A stretch of DNA of 31,814 nucleotides from Alphaproteobacteria bacterium (GTDB lineage: Bacteria; Pseudomonadota; Alphaproteobacteria; TMED109). Below the pieces are notes generated by a model, which was given only the letters and a program-made list of their open reading frames with translations, was not told the origin of the DNA and did not search any database. Below, piece by piece: positions 10,411 to 21,224 of this stretch. The position numbers and the translations under genes were made by a program. The stretch's first letter is position 1. Each line of letters begins with the position of its first letter. The stretch covers positions 1 to 31,814 of the forward strand of contig JAYGEJ010000042.1 in NCBI GenBank assembly GCA_046582425.1, in the 5' to 3' direction.

Positions 10411-11288
10411 ATGAATGCATCTTTAATAATCATAGAAATCAAATCATCAAAGTTAACACCATTGTTTTGAGCTATTTTAGGAACTAGTGAATGTTTTGTT
10501 AAGCCTGGCAATGTATTAATTTCTAATAGTGTTGGCTGAATAGAAGATTCATTAGGAACAATGAAATCTACCCTGGTAATTCCTTTACAACCCAGTATTG
10601 TGTGGGCACATAACGAAAAAGATTCTAATAATTCTGTCTGATAAGCTCCTATATTTTCAGGAATAATATATTTTGTTTCACTACTTTCATATTTAGATTT
10701 ATAATCATAAAATGATTTATCATGTTGAATTTCAATCATACCTAAAACTTTATTTTCTATAATAGCTACAGCAATTTCTTTGCCTTCAACATACGATTCT
10801 ATAAGGAAGTTTTTATCATTTATTTCTAATATATCTATATTCGTATCTTTATAAATAATATTTATTCCTATACTAGAACCACCATCTATAGGTTTTATTA
10901 CGTAAGGTCTTTCTATTGGTTCATTTTTCTTAATATCATTAATAGTACTTACAACGCTATCGGCCATATTTATATTCATTGAATTAAATACTTTTTTTGC
11001 TAGCATTTTATTCATAGCTAGTGCAGAGGCTAGAACAGTTGAACCAGTATACGGAATACTTTTAGCCTCGCATATACTTTGTATCACTCCATTTTCTCCA
11101 ATTCCTCCATGTAAAGAATTAAATATTAAATCAATATTTTTTTCAGAGTAATGGCAAAAATCTTCCTTAGAAATATCTATTTTAGTTACCTTATGGCCAA
11201 GCCTTTTTAAAGAACTCTCAACCTCTTTTGCAGACATTATAGAGACATCTCTTTCAGTATAACCACCAAATAATAATACTATATTCAA
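10407..11288 (-). CDS. ddl: D-alanine--D-alanine ligase
   Basis: LHGGIGENG, VIKPIDGGSSIG, FYDYKSKY (Tyr after Lys, D-Ala-D-Ala type), LEINTLPG. TTG start preceded by GAGGA. Confidence 0.96.
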   Translation of the reverse strand: MNIVLLFGGYTERDVSIMSAKEVESSLKRLGHKVTKIDISKEDFCHYSEKNIDLIFNSLHGGIGENGVIQSICEAKSIPYTGSTVLASALAMNKMLAKKVFNSMNINMADSVVSTINDIKKNEPIERPYVIKPIDGGSSIGINIIYKDTNIDILEINDKNFLIESYVEGKEIAVAIIENKVLGMIEIQHDKSFYDYKSKYESSETKYIIPENIGAYQTELLESFSLCAHTILGCKGITRVDFIVPNESSIQPTLLEINTLPGLTKHSLVPKIAQNNGVNFDDLISMIIKDAFI

Positions 11289-12194
11289 TTATAATTCCTC
11301 TTTATTTGTAAAACCTATTTTTATTATTTCCCATTCTAATTTTACTCCCGATTTATCATATACTTTTTGCATAACAATATTTCCCAATGATTCAATATCA
11401 TTAGCAGTAGCATTATTATAATTAATAATAAAGTTAGTATGCATATCTGATATCTTTGCTCCTCCTATTGATAAACCTCGACAACCTGCATCTTCAATAA
11501 GTTTCCATGCCTTATAACCATCTGGGTTTTTAAAAGTAGAACCACCTGTTAATTGTTTTACTGGTTGCGAGCTAGCTCTCTCACTTTTTATGTAATCTTT
11601 ATATTTATCATCCAATTTTTTTTTAAAATATTTTAATCTTGCAGAAATAATTATAGATTCACTTCTAATTGAGGTTTTTCTATATGACATATTTAATTTT
11701 TTAGCAGGAATTCTATATAATCCCTTAATTCTATCAATAATTTTAACGTCATAAAGTATATCCGACATTTCTCTTCCATAACAGCCAGCATTCATTATTA
11801 TACTGCCTCCTATTGTTCCTGGAATACCAGAAAGAAATTCATAACCTGAAAAATTATTTTTATGAGCATACTTTGCAAATTTCATATTTAATAAAGATGC
11901 TCCAACTTCTATAAAATCATTACTAACATTTATACTACTAAATTTTTCATTTAATTTTATTCCAATTCCTTTTACTCCACCATCTCTAATTAAAGTGTTA
12001 GATAATGCTCCTATTATAAAAATAGGTATTTTATGATCTAATTTTTTGAAAAAATTTAATAAATCTAATTCATCTTCAGGTATAAATAATAACTCAAAAG
12101 GACCTCCAACCTTAAACCAGGAAGATGAAGACATATTAGCATTAGAAATTAATTTTCCTCTAACATTAGTAACTAAACTTTTAAATAGTGACAT
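11289..12194 (-). CDS. murB: UDP-N-acetylenolpyruvoylglucosamine reductase
   Basis: FKVGGP, GIPGTIGG, MNAGCYG, GGSTFKNP, LEWEI. Confidence 0.96.
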   Translation of the reverse strand: MSLFKSLVTNVRGKLISNANMSSSSWFKVGGPFELLFIPEDELDLLNFFKKLDHKIPIFIIGALSNTLIRDGGVKGIGIKLNEKFSSINVSNDFIEVGASLLNMKFAKYAHKNNFSGYEFLSGIPGTIGGSIIMNAGCYGREMSDILYDVKIIDRIKGLYRIPAKKLNMSYRKTSIRSESIIISARLKYFKKKLDDKYKDYIKSERASSQPVKQLTGGSTFKNPDGYKAWKLIEDAGCRGLSIGGAKISDMHTNFIINYNNATANDIESLGNIVMQKVYDKSGVKLEWEIIKIGFTNKEEL

Positions 12195-12213
12195 GAATCA
12201 AAATCTTTTCTTC

Positions 12214-13644
12214 TTAGCTCTTAATTAATACTTTTTTAACAAATTTCTCCATATTTCTTGCTCTTTTTGATAGTGAGCCTGCACCCAAAAATATTATAAA
12301 ATCATTATTATTTGCTACTTCAAATAATTCTAACTCCATAGTACTCTCATCTTTAAAACACTTCACATTTTTATGACCACTTTTACTGATAGACTTCGCA
12401 AGTATATTTTCATTAATCTCATCAATTCTTTTTTCTCCTGCACTATAAATCTTTGTTACATATAATATATCTGCATCAGAAAAAGAATTAATAAAATCAT
12501 CATATAAATCAATTATCCTTGAATATCTATGTGGCTCAAATATTACGATCAATTTATCTTTGCAGAGAGATCTTGCTGCTTTTAGAGTATTTTTTATTTC
12601 AGTAGGATGATGTGCATAATCATCTATTATTTTAATGCCTTTAAAAGAACCTACAAAACTAAATCTCCTTTCAACTCCACTAAATTTTAATAGAACATTT
12701 CTTATAATAGACTCGGAAATACCTAATTCTAAGGCAACAGCGATTGAGCCTAAAGCATTTCTTATATTGTGTTCTCCAGGTATTGGAATTGCTATACCTT
12801 TTATGAATTTATTCTTATATAAATCATCTTTATTAATAGTAATATCAAAATAAGTTAATCCTCTAATTACTTTAACATTATTAACTATAAGATCGGCATT
12901 TTTATTAAAACCAAAAGTAATAAACTTTCTGTATTTTATATCTTTACATAAATTTTCGGCATCAGGAGAGTCTATACAAATAAATGCAGTTCCGTAAAAA
13001 GGTATATTCTCCACAAAATTTCTAAAAGCTCTGTTTAAATTATCAAAAGTTTTATAATAATCTATATGTTCACGATCAATATTAGTAATTAATACATAAG
13101 TAGAAGGTAATTTGATAAAAGTCCCATCACTTTCATCTGCCTCCACAACCATCCAATCACTTTTTCCTAATCTAGCATTAGTTCCATATGCTTCTATTAT
13201 ACCTCCATTTACAACTGTAGGGTCTAGTTTAGCCCCTTCTAATAAAGAACTAATAATAGATGTAGTCGTTGTTTTTCCATGCGAACCACCTACTGATATT
13301 GACTTTTTAAATCTCATTAATTCAGCAAGCATGTCAGCTCTTCGAACTATAGGGATTTTATTTAAGTAGCCTGCTACTAATTCTACATTGTCTTCCTTGA
13401 TTGCAGAAGAAATTACTATAATACTAATATTTCTAATATTCTTAGCGCTTTGCCCAATAAATACTTTAACGCCCATTTTCATTAAACGTTCTACATTAGA
13501 ACCTTTTGAAATATCACTTCCGCTAATTGTATAACCTAAATTAAATAATATTTCTGCAATACCACTCATTCCTATTCCACCTATACCTATAAAGTGAATC
13601 ACACCTAGGTCTTTAGAAAAATTATTCATACTAATTTTTTCCAT
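12214..13644 (-). CDS. murC: UDP-N-acetylmuramate--L-alanine ligase
   Basis: HFIGIGGIGMSG, GSHGKTTTT, VEADESDG, DDYAHHPTEI. Start is ATG 13644 or 13629. Confidence 0.97.
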   Translation of the reverse strand: MEKISMNNFSKDLGVIHFIGIGGIGMSGIAEILFNLGYTISGSDISKGSNVERLMKMGVKVFIGQSAKNIRNISIIVISSAIKEDNVELVAGYLNKIPIVRRADMLAELMRFKKSISVGGSHGKTTTTSIISSLLEGAKLDPTVVNGGIIEAYGTNARLGKSDWMVVEADESDGTFIKLPSTYVLITNIDREHIDYYKTFDNLNRAFRNFVENIPFYGTAFICIDSPDAENLCKDIKYRKFITFGFNKNADLIVNNVKVIRGLTYFDITINKDDLYKNKFIKGIAIPIPGEHNIRNALGSIAVALELGISESIIRNVLLKFSGVERRFSFVGSFKGIKIIDDYAHHPTEIKNTLKAARSLCKDKLIVIFEPHRYSRIIDLYDDFINSFSDADILYVTKIYSAGEKRIDEINENILAKSISKSGHKNVKCFKDESTMELELFEVANNNDFIIFLGAGSLSKRARNMEKFVKKVLIKS

Positions 13645-14743
13645 TTAAAATTTCTTTTCCTAAATTTATTAATTGTTTTTCAGCACCTAAAATTGCATTA
13701 TTTTTAGCTGATTTAGACATCATACATAAGCCTTCCAAATTAAAAATAATACTTTTTAATTTTAATATTAGCTTATTTTGGTCATTAATATCATTATTTC
13801 TAATTACATGACCTGCTCCTAATTTTTCTATCATTAATGCATTTTTCATTTGATGATTATCTGACGAATTAGGTAATGGAATCATTATTGAAGGCCTACC
13901 AGCAATTAGGTTTTCTGCTATGGTACCAGCGCCGCTTCTACATATAATTAAATGGCACCAATTTAAACTTTCTGACATATTTTTTATATAAGTCTCTAGC
14001 TTATAATTAATTAAAGAATGATCGTATAATTGCTTTAAGTATAAATAATTTTCTTCTCGCACTTGTTGTAATATTGATATTTTATTTTTAAATTCTTCAG
14101 GAAAACAACTTAATGCTCTCGCAATATTAGTTGCCATTACTTCTGCACCTAAACTTCCGCCAGTAATTAAAATATTAATTAATTTATCATTTTTAATTTG
14201 ATACTTTTTTTTATGTATACTTTCAATTTCTTTTCTAACAGGCATTCCTAAAAATTTATAATTATATAAATTTCTAGAATTATTATCTAAAGTTGGAAAA
14301 AATGTAGTTAATATATTGGCATATTTATATAATAATTTATTTGCTTTTCCTAAAACTATATTACCTTCATGTAAAATAATAGGAATTTTAAAAAATTTAG
14401 ATACAATTATAGGGGATATTGTTATCACCCCTCCAAAACCATAACTTATTATAGGTCTATATTTAATTATATAATTAAAAGATTGAATAAAAGCATAAGC
14501 TAATGAATATATAAACTTTATATTTTTAAAAATACTTCCCTTATAAAAACCTTTACCCTTAAAACATAAAACATTAATATTTTTACTATTTATATTCTTT
14601 TTTACAAAATCAAACATTCTTGAGTCTGTTATAAATATTACATTATAATTATCCTTAATAAATTCTTTACTAAGTTGAATAGCTGGTAGAACGTGCCCTG
14701 CAGTTCCACCACCTACTATAAGTATATTTTTATTATTTTTCAT
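13631..14743 (-). CDS. murG: Lipid II GlcNAc transferase MurG
   Basis: GGGTAGHV, GGSLGA, CRSGAGT, HQMKNA. Confidence 0.95.
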   Translation of the reverse strand: MKNNKNILIVGGGTAGHVLPAIQLSKEFIKDNYNVIFITDSRMFDFVKKNINSKNINVLCFKGKGFYKGSIFKNIKFIYSLAYAFIQSFNYIIKYRPIISYGFGGVITISPIIVSKFFKIPIILHEGNIVLGKANKLLYKYANILTTFFPTLDNNSRNLYNYKFLGMPVRKEIESIHKKKYQIKNDKLINILITGGSLGAEVMATNIARALSCFPEEFKNKISILQQVREENYLYLKQLYDHSLINYKLETYIKNMSESLNWCHLIICRSGAGTIAENLIAGRPSIMIPLPNSSDNHQMKNALMIEKLGAGHVIRNNDINDQNKLILKLKSIIFNLEGLCMMSKSAKNNAILGAEKQLINLGKEILNGKN

Positions 14744-15872
14744 ATTTCTTTCCGCTATAGTTTTTTGTTAAAGCTAAAACTATTCCCATACTTATAGAGA
14801 TAGAAAGCAAAGAAGAACCTCCATAACTTATAAAAGGAAAAGTTATTCCAGTAGTAGGAACTATTCCTAAAGTAACAGAGACATTTAATAAAACTTGAAT
14901 TCCAAATAATATTAATAAGCCTCCTACTGAAAGAAGTGAAAACAAATCATTTTTTTCATAAACTCTTATCAATCCTCTAATTACTATAGAACAAGTTAAT
15001 AATAAAATTATGATACAAAATATAGCACCAAATTCCTCAGCTATAACTGGAAATATAAAATCAGTATGTGCATCAGATATTTTATTTTTTATTATACCAT
15101 CCCCAGGACCATTTCCTAATAAGCCTCCAGATTCATATGCTGTAAATGAATTTGTTATTTGTTCCATTCCTTCACACGGCGAATTTAAAAAACAATCAAT
15201 TCTTCTTTTTACATGTGGAAAAATATTATAGCCAAATAATATTCCGCATCCTAATAAACTAAACAATAATAAAAACCATCTCAGTGAGATGCCTGCTAAG
15301 AATATTTGGCCAGACCAAATAAGTATTATAATTACAGACATACCTAGATCTGGCTGTTTAAATAAGAAAAACAATATAGTAATCAAAAGCAATAAAGAAA
15401 TATGCAACCTTGTAATTAACTTAGGCAAAAATTTAGTTTCATTAAATTGTTGTGAAATCAAATATGCCGTAATTACTACAAAAAATGGTTTTATAAATTC
15501 TGAAGGTTGCATTGACACATTGCCGATAATTAGCCACCTACTTGCACCCTTTATATCAGGACCAAATATCATCACTAGAAATAATAGTAATATAGATATC
15601 ATAAAACCTATTATACTTATTCTGATAATACCTTTATTAGATAAAAATGAAGAAATAATCATAGCAAACATAGAAATAATTAAGTAATAAATATGGTGAA
15701 TAAAAAAATGTAATTCAGGTAAATTATTTCTTACTGCAACTGCAGACCCTGCTGCTAAAATCATAATAGAACCTATAGCAGCTAGAATTAGTATTTGAAT
15801 TAAATTCCAGTGATCTATACTCCACCACCATCTTGATAAAATACTTTTGTCATTTCTAGCGATAAAAATCAT
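14733..15872 (-). CDS. ftsW: SEDS peptidoglycan polymerase FtsW
   Basis: About 10 TM helices, GASRWL, QPSEFIK, QPDLG, AHTDFIF, EEFG, PFISYGGSS; dcw position. Confidence 0.96.
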   Translation of the reverse strand: MIFIARNDKSILSRWWWSIDHWNLIQILILAAIGSIMILAAGSAVAVRNNLPELHFFIHHIYYLIISMFAMIISSFLSNKGIIRISIIGFMISILLLFLVMIFGPDIKGASRWLIIGNVSMQPSEFIKPFFVVITAYLISQQFNETKFLPKLITRLHISLLLLITILFFLFKQPDLGMSVIIILIWSGQIFLAGISLRWFLLLFSLLGCGILFGYNIFPHVKRRIDCFLNSPCEGMEQITNSFTAYESGGLLGNGPGDGIIKNKISDAHTDFIFPVIAEEFGAIFCIIILLLTCSIVIRGLIRVYEKNDLFSLLSVGGLLILFGIQVLLNVSVTLGIVPTTGITFPFISYGGSSLLSISISMGIVLALTKNYSGKKYEK

Positions 15873-15881
15873 ATTATACCT

Positions 15882-17246
15882 TTATTTTATATATTCATTT
15901 ACTTCCTCTATAAATTTATTGCCTCTCTCTTCATAATTTTTAAATTGATCAAATGAGGAACACGCGGGAGAAAATAAAATTGTAGTATTAGAATTAAGAG
16001 TTTTAGCATATTCTACAGCATCATTAAGAGCATCTTTAATATTACTTGAATTTTTAGATAAAAAACAATTTTTAAAATAGTTTACGAATTCATCTGCAGA
16101 CTCTCCAATAAAATAACCTGCTTTAATAGCCTTAATATTACTTTTTAAGTATTCTAGTTCATCCCCTTTTCTTCTACCTCCAGCAATCCAAATAATATTT
16201 TCAAAGCAATTCAATGCAACTTTACATGCAACTATATTAGTTGACTTAGAATCATTAATAAATGTTATTTTAGAATTTTTATAAATTAATTCTAGTCTAT
16301 GAGATAAACCTTTAAAAGTAGGTAGATATTTTTTAATGTTTTTATGAGAAACTCCTAAATATATTGCCACAGCAATTGAAATTAAAATATTTTCAATATT
16401 ATGCAAACCAATTAATGAAGTTAAATCTTTAATATCTCCAATAAAAATATTTTTATTATTTAAATTGTCATATACTTTTTCTTTATCAATATAAATTGTG
16501 TTATCAAGTTTATTATTTATAGAAATTATTATAATCTTAGGTTTATTTTTACGATTATTAATTTTCTTATAAATTTTGAGACATTCGTCATTATTAATAT
16601 TAATAATCGCTAGGTCATCGCTATTCTGGTTTAAAAATAAATTTTCTTTTGAATTGATATACTTTTTATAACTTCCATGCCAATCGATATGATCTGGAGT
16701 CAGGTTCGTTAATATAGAAATATTAGGTTTTATATTTTTTACTAATGCAAGTTGAAATGAGGAGGCTTCTATTACATAATAATTTGCTATTTTATCTGAT
16801 ATTAAGTTTAGTACTGGTATACCTATATTACCTCCAATATTAGAAGGTTTATTAGATGACACTAGCAAGTGATGAATTAAAGATGTAACTGTAGACTTAC
16901 CATTTGATCCTGTAATTACTATAAATTTATTTTTATTATTTGATTGCTCTTGCCAAAAAACATCTAAATCTCCAGTAATTTTAACTTTATTAATTTTTGC
17001 TAATTTTATAACAGGATGGCTCGGCATTATGCCTGGACTAATAAATAATAAATCTATTAATTTAATATTATTTAATAATTTTAAATCTAATAAATCAACA
17101 TTTTCATCTAAAATACTATTTCTTACTATTTCCTGATCATCCCAAGCTATTATATTTTTAGAATAATTTTTAAAAAATTGTATTGCGGATTTACCTGATA
17201 AACCAAGACCTAATATACCAATAATTTTATTTTTATAATTGTGCAT
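15882..17246 (-). CDS. murD: UDP-MurNAc-L-Ala--D-Glu ligase
   Basis: GLGLSG, GSNGKSTVT, GGNIG, NDSKSTN, SPACSSFDQF. Confidence 0.96.
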   Translation of the reverse strand: MHNYKNKIIGILGLGLSGKSAIQFFKNYSKNIIAWDDQEIVRNSILDENVDLLDLKLLNNIKLIDLLFISPGIMPSHPVIKLAKINKVKITGDLDVFWQEQSNNKNKFIVITGSNGKSTVTSLIHHLLVSSNKPSNIGGNIGIPVLNLISDKIANYYVIEASSFQLALVKNIKPNISILTNLTPDHIDWHGSYKKYINSKENLFLNQNSDDLAIININNDECLKIYKKINNRKNKPKIIIISINNKLDNTIYIDKEKVYDNLNNKNIFIGDIKDLTSLIGLHNIENILISIAVAIYLGVSHKNIKKYLPTFKGLSHRLELIYKNSKITFINDSKSTNIVACKVALNCFENIIWIAGGRRKGDELEYLKSNIKAIKAGYFIGESADEFVNYFKNCFLSKNSSNIKDALNDAVEYAKTLNSNTTILFSPACSSFDQFKNYEERGNKFIEEVNEYIK

Positions 17247-17247
17247 T

Positions 17248-18339
17248 TTATCTTAATTTTAAGGTTGCTAAACCTATTAAAGCAAGAATTACTGCAATAA
17301 TCCAAAACCTAATCACAATAGTTGATTCTGACCATCCCTTTTTTTCAAAATGATGGTGTAATGGTGCCATTTTGAAAATTCTTTTACCTGTTATCTTAAA
17401 TGATAATACTTGCACTATTACAGAGGCTGCTTCTAAAACAAATAACCCCCCTACAATGGCTAAAACTATTTCATGCTTTATAATAACACTAATTATTCCT
17501 AATGCCGCACCTGCAGATAAAGAACCCGTATCTCCCATAAAAACACTTGCTGGAGGAGCATTAAACCATAAAAAACCGATCCCAGCTCCTACTAAACTGG
17601 AACATAGAACTATTAATTCACCACTACCTTCTATATAAAAAAGATTTAAATAATCAGAAAAAATAATATTTCCGGATAAATACGCTATTACTCCAAATAC
17701 TCCTGCTGCAATAATAATAGGGACAATAGCTAATCCATCTAAACCATCGGTTAAATTTACTGCATTAGATGATCCAACAACTACTAAAACCGAAAAAAAA
17801 CACCATACAGTTAAACCTAGATAAATAGTGGTCTCTTTTAAAAATGGAAAAGCTAACATACCTTGTAATGATTTATCTGTAATTAAATATATCCATAGTG
17901 CAGCTACAAAAGTAAAAACTATTTGAAATATTAGCTTTAGTCTTCCAGATAAACCTTTATGGTTATTTTTAAGAATTTTTAAATAGTCATCTATGAATCC
18001 TATTAAGCCAAAACCTAATGTAATATATAAAACAATCCAAACGTAAGTATTAGATAAATCTGCCCATAATAAAGTTGAAATTATTAGTGCACCTAAAATA
18101 ATAACTCCTCCCATTGTTGGAGTACCTCTTTTTATTTCTAAATGCCATTCTGGGCCGTCTTTTCTAATAGGTTGGCCATCTTTTTGATTAGATTTTAACC
18201 AACCAATAATATTTGGAGCAAAAATAAATACTATTGAAAGTGAAGTAATTAAGGCAAGGCCACTTCTAAAAGACAAATATCTAACTATATTTAAAAAACT
18301 ATAATCTTCTATAAATGAAGTTAGTATAAAATATAACAA
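17248..18339 (-). CDS. mraY: Phospho-MurNAc-pentapeptide transferase
   Basis: [39 protein letters not shown] start 1 nt after the murF stop. Confidence 0.97.
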   Translation of the reverse strand: MLYFILTSFIEDYSFLNIVRYLSFRSGLALITSLSIVFIFAPNIIGWLKSNQKDGQPIRKDGPEWHLEIKRGTPTMGGVIILGALIISTLLWADLSNTYVWIVLYITLGFGLIGFIDDYLKILKNNHKGLSGRLKLIFQIVFTFVAALWIYLITDKSLQGMLAFPFLKETTIYLGLTVWCFFSVLVVVGSSNAVNLTDGLDGLAIVPIIIAAGVFGVIAYLSGNIIFSDYLNLFYIEGSGELIVLCSSLVGAGIGFLWFNAPPASVFMGDTGSLSAGAALGIISVIIKHEIVLAIVGGLFVLEAASVIVQVLSFKITGKRIFKMAPLHHHFEKKGWSESTIVIRFWIIAVILALIGLATLKLR

Positions 18340-18340
18340 T

Positions 18341-19759
18341 TTATTTACCTTTAAAATTAACTAACAAGTATTTTACAATTATTTCCATATTCATATTTCT
18401 AGAACCTTTTACTAAAATAAAGTCTTTAGGTTTAATTAAATTAAACATCTCTTCTTTAGACAAGCTATCAATGTTTTTTGACCACAAGCATTCTATTCTC
18501 TTATTACATAATTTATATAAGCTTTTTGTTTTATTGCCTACGAAAATGATCACAGAAATGTTGAAACTAATTAAATAATCATATAATTTTTTATGTAAAT
18601 CATCTGAAAAAATACCAAGCTCGCTCATTTCTCCAAAAAATAAGACTTTTCTATTACTTTTAGCTATTTCATATAATGTTTTAAGTGAAGCAACCATTGA
18701 ACTAAGGTTTGCATTGTAAGTATCATCTATTAAAACTGATTTTTGACCTTTTACTATTAAGTTATGTCTCCTGCCTCTTCCTGGAGGAAGAGAAACCTTA
18801 TATAATTTTTTCAAACCTCTTTCTACATTACATTTAGAAATTAATAAAACACCTAATACAGCTAAAGAATTTATTGCTTGATGCTCACCATCTAAATTAA
18901 TTTTATATTTATAAGTTTTTCCATAAGCTTCAGCTATTAAAGTTTGCCCGTAATTCTCTACTAACCTTTTTAATAATCTAATATCTGCATTTTTATTAAA
19001 TCCATATTTTATTATTTTATAATTGTTAGGCTTACTTATATTTTGCACTAATTCTTTATAATATGTGTGATCATTATTTAATAAAACATAGCCATTAGAT
19101 CTAAGCCCATCGAATATTTCAGATTTTGCTTTTATAATATCTCTAACAGAGCTAAAATTTCCAATATGTGCCTCAGATATATTAGTTATAATTGCTATGT
19201 CTGGCTGGACCAATTCACTCAAAATACTTATTTCATTTAAATTATTCATCCCTAACTCAAAAACACCATAATCAGTATTTCTTGGCATATTTGCTAATGA
19301 ATAGGGAACTCCCACATAATTATTATAGCTAGCAGGATTAATATAGGTGGATCCTATTTCAGATAACGCGTTACCTATCATTTCTTTTGTAGATGTCTTT
19401 CCAGAGCTTCCTGTAATTGCAATGATATTTTTAGAATTATTAATACGTTTTCTAGATGCTTTAGCTAGTAATATTAGACTTTTATATACATCATCAACTT
19501 CAATTACTGTTAAATTCTCTTCTGTAATTTTGGAAGATTCTTTTATTATTAATGATCTAGCTCCCAAATTGATTGCATCTTTAATGAAACTATGACCATC
19601 TAGTTTTGTTCCTGGTAATGCCAAAAATGTATTTCCAGATTTCACCTTTCTACTATCAATTTCTACTCCATTACATATCCAATCCTTTTCTATATTTTTT
19701 TTAAAAATATTAGAAATTTCATTAGAATCCCATAACATATTAATTTTTTTTAAAACCAA
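18341..19759 (-). CDS. murF: UDP-MurNAc-tripeptide--D-Ala-D-Ala ligase
   Basis: [33 protein letters not shown]. Start is TTG 19759 (AAGGA 6 nt upstream) or ATG 19738. Confidence 0.95.
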   Translation of the reverse strand: MVLKKINMLWDSNEISNIFKKNIEKDWICNGVEIDSRKVKSGNTFLALPGTKLDGHSFIKDAINLGARSLIIKESSKITEENLTVIEVDDVYKSLILLAKASRKRINNSKNIIAITGSSGKTSTKEMIGNALSEIGSTYINPASYNNYVGVPYSLANMPRNTDYGVFELGMNNLNEISILSELVQPDIAIITNISEAHIGNFSSVRDIIKAKSEIFDGLRSNGYVLLNNDHTYYKELVQNISKPNNYKIIKYGFNKNADIRLLKRLVENYGQTLIAEAYGKTYKYKINLDGEHQAINSLAVLGVLLISKCNVERGLKKLYKVSLPPGRGRRHNLIVKGQKSVLIDDTYNANLSSMVASLKTLYEIAKSNRKVLFFGEMSELGIFSDDLHKKLYDYLISFNISVIIFVGNKTKSLYKLCNKRIECLWSKNIDSLSKEEMFNLIKPKDFILVKGSRNMNMEIIVKYLLVNFKGK

Positions 19760-19761
19760 AT

Positions 19762-21220
19762 TTAATCCTTTATTTTTATTTTTTTAATGATTTTTGCATC
19801 ATCAAAATTTAAGAAGTTTCCCTTAATTTCTTGAGTATTTTCATGACCTTTTCCGGCTACTAGTAATACATCTCCTTTTGAGAGACTAAATATTGTTTTT
19901 TGTATTGCCTTTTTTCTATCAGCTATTTCAATTGCATTTGGACAGTCTTTTATAATTTGTTTTCTGATATATTTAGGATTCTCATATCTAGGATTATCAT
20001 CAGTTATAACAACTTTATCAGCAAATTTATGAGAAATTTTTCCCATCAATGGTCTTTTTCCTTTATCTCTATCTCCCCCACATCCAAAAACTAAATACAG
20101 TTTATTACTAACATAAGGTCTTAGTGATATTAAAACATTCTTCAATGCGTCAGGAGTATGAGCATAATCGATATAAATATCAGCTCCTTTTAAACTCCTA
20201 ATAAATTCTAATCTTCCAGGAGGAGGCTTTATATTTTCAACATATTTCTCTATTATCTGTCTCTTAAAACCCATTTCTAACATTATGCAAATAGCAGTGA
20301 CTAAATTATTAACCTGAAAACTTCCAATTAGGCCTGAATAAATTGTACTTTTATTATTTTTATAATTTATTTCAATTTCTTTAACTCTATTACTTAAATT
20401 ATTAATTCTATATTTAAATTTAGCTTTAGATGATTGCCCAATAGTAATTATCTTTTGGTTATTTAAGATAGCTGCTTCAATAAAATCATTACAATATAAA
20501 ATATTATCATTTATAATTGCTGTTCCATTTTTAGCAAAATCTGAAAAAAGTCTAAGTTTTGCTTTTTTATAATTTGCAAAGTTTCGATGATAATCTAAAT
20601 GATCTCTAGAAAAAGAAGAAATTGCAACTATATTAAAGTTTATACCATCTACCCTATTTTGATCTAAACCATGACTTGAAGTTTCAATAATTACATTTTT
20701 TACAGCTTTAGAATATAGGCTATCTAAATTAGAAACTAGTACTTCAGATTCTGGTGTTGTCAAAATACTATTCTTAATAATTTTTTTATAATTTGTTCCT
20801 AAAGTTCCTATAGAAGCTGTATCTTCACCTACTAATTTGGAAATTTGTTGTACATACCATGCTACAGATGTTTTTCCATTTGTTCCTGTAACTCCTACTA
20901 TATTTTTAAATTTATATTTGGAAAATTTATTACAAATAATAGCATATAATTTTCTTGGTTCATTAGAAATTATAATTTCTATAGTAAGTTTTTTTTTTAT
21001 ATGTTGAAGGTTTTTATTATTTATAAGAATTGCTGTAGCACCATTATTAATAGCTTCAAAAATATAATCTAATCCGTTATTAGATGATCCAGAAAGAACA
21101 GTAAATATGTAATCTTTTTTTATCTTTTTTGAATTACTTGATATACCTTTTATTTGTATATTATTAATATTGTTTTTTTTTTATGATTTTCTCAGATAGT
21201 AAACTATATAATTTAATCAT
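19762..21220 (-). CDS. murE: UDP-MurNAc-dipeptide--meso-DAP ligase, with a one-base frameshift in the A10 tract at 21173-21182
   Basis: The frame of the track ORF continues upstream without stops from 20763 to 21180 (IKGISSNSKK, GVTGTNGKTS, LTTPES). ATG 21220, 4 nt after the ftsI stop, is one base out of frame; removing one A gives 485 aa. Motifs DYAHTPD, FGCGGDRD, DNPR (DAP-type), AGKGHE are intact. Confidence 0.93.
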
Positions 21221-21224
21221 AAAA

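Noticed and set aside
4021-12199. GANTC (CcrM-type) sites in intergenic DNA at 4021-4025 and 12195-12199
   Set aside because: Two sites are about what base composition predicts; no enrichment can be claimed.
19762-20763. Track call of a 333-aa MurE starting at TTG 20763, or murE as a decayed pseudogene
   Set aside because: The frame is open about 420 nt further upstream and includes the ATP-binding motif. There is only one lesion, in a homopolymer, with no other decay.
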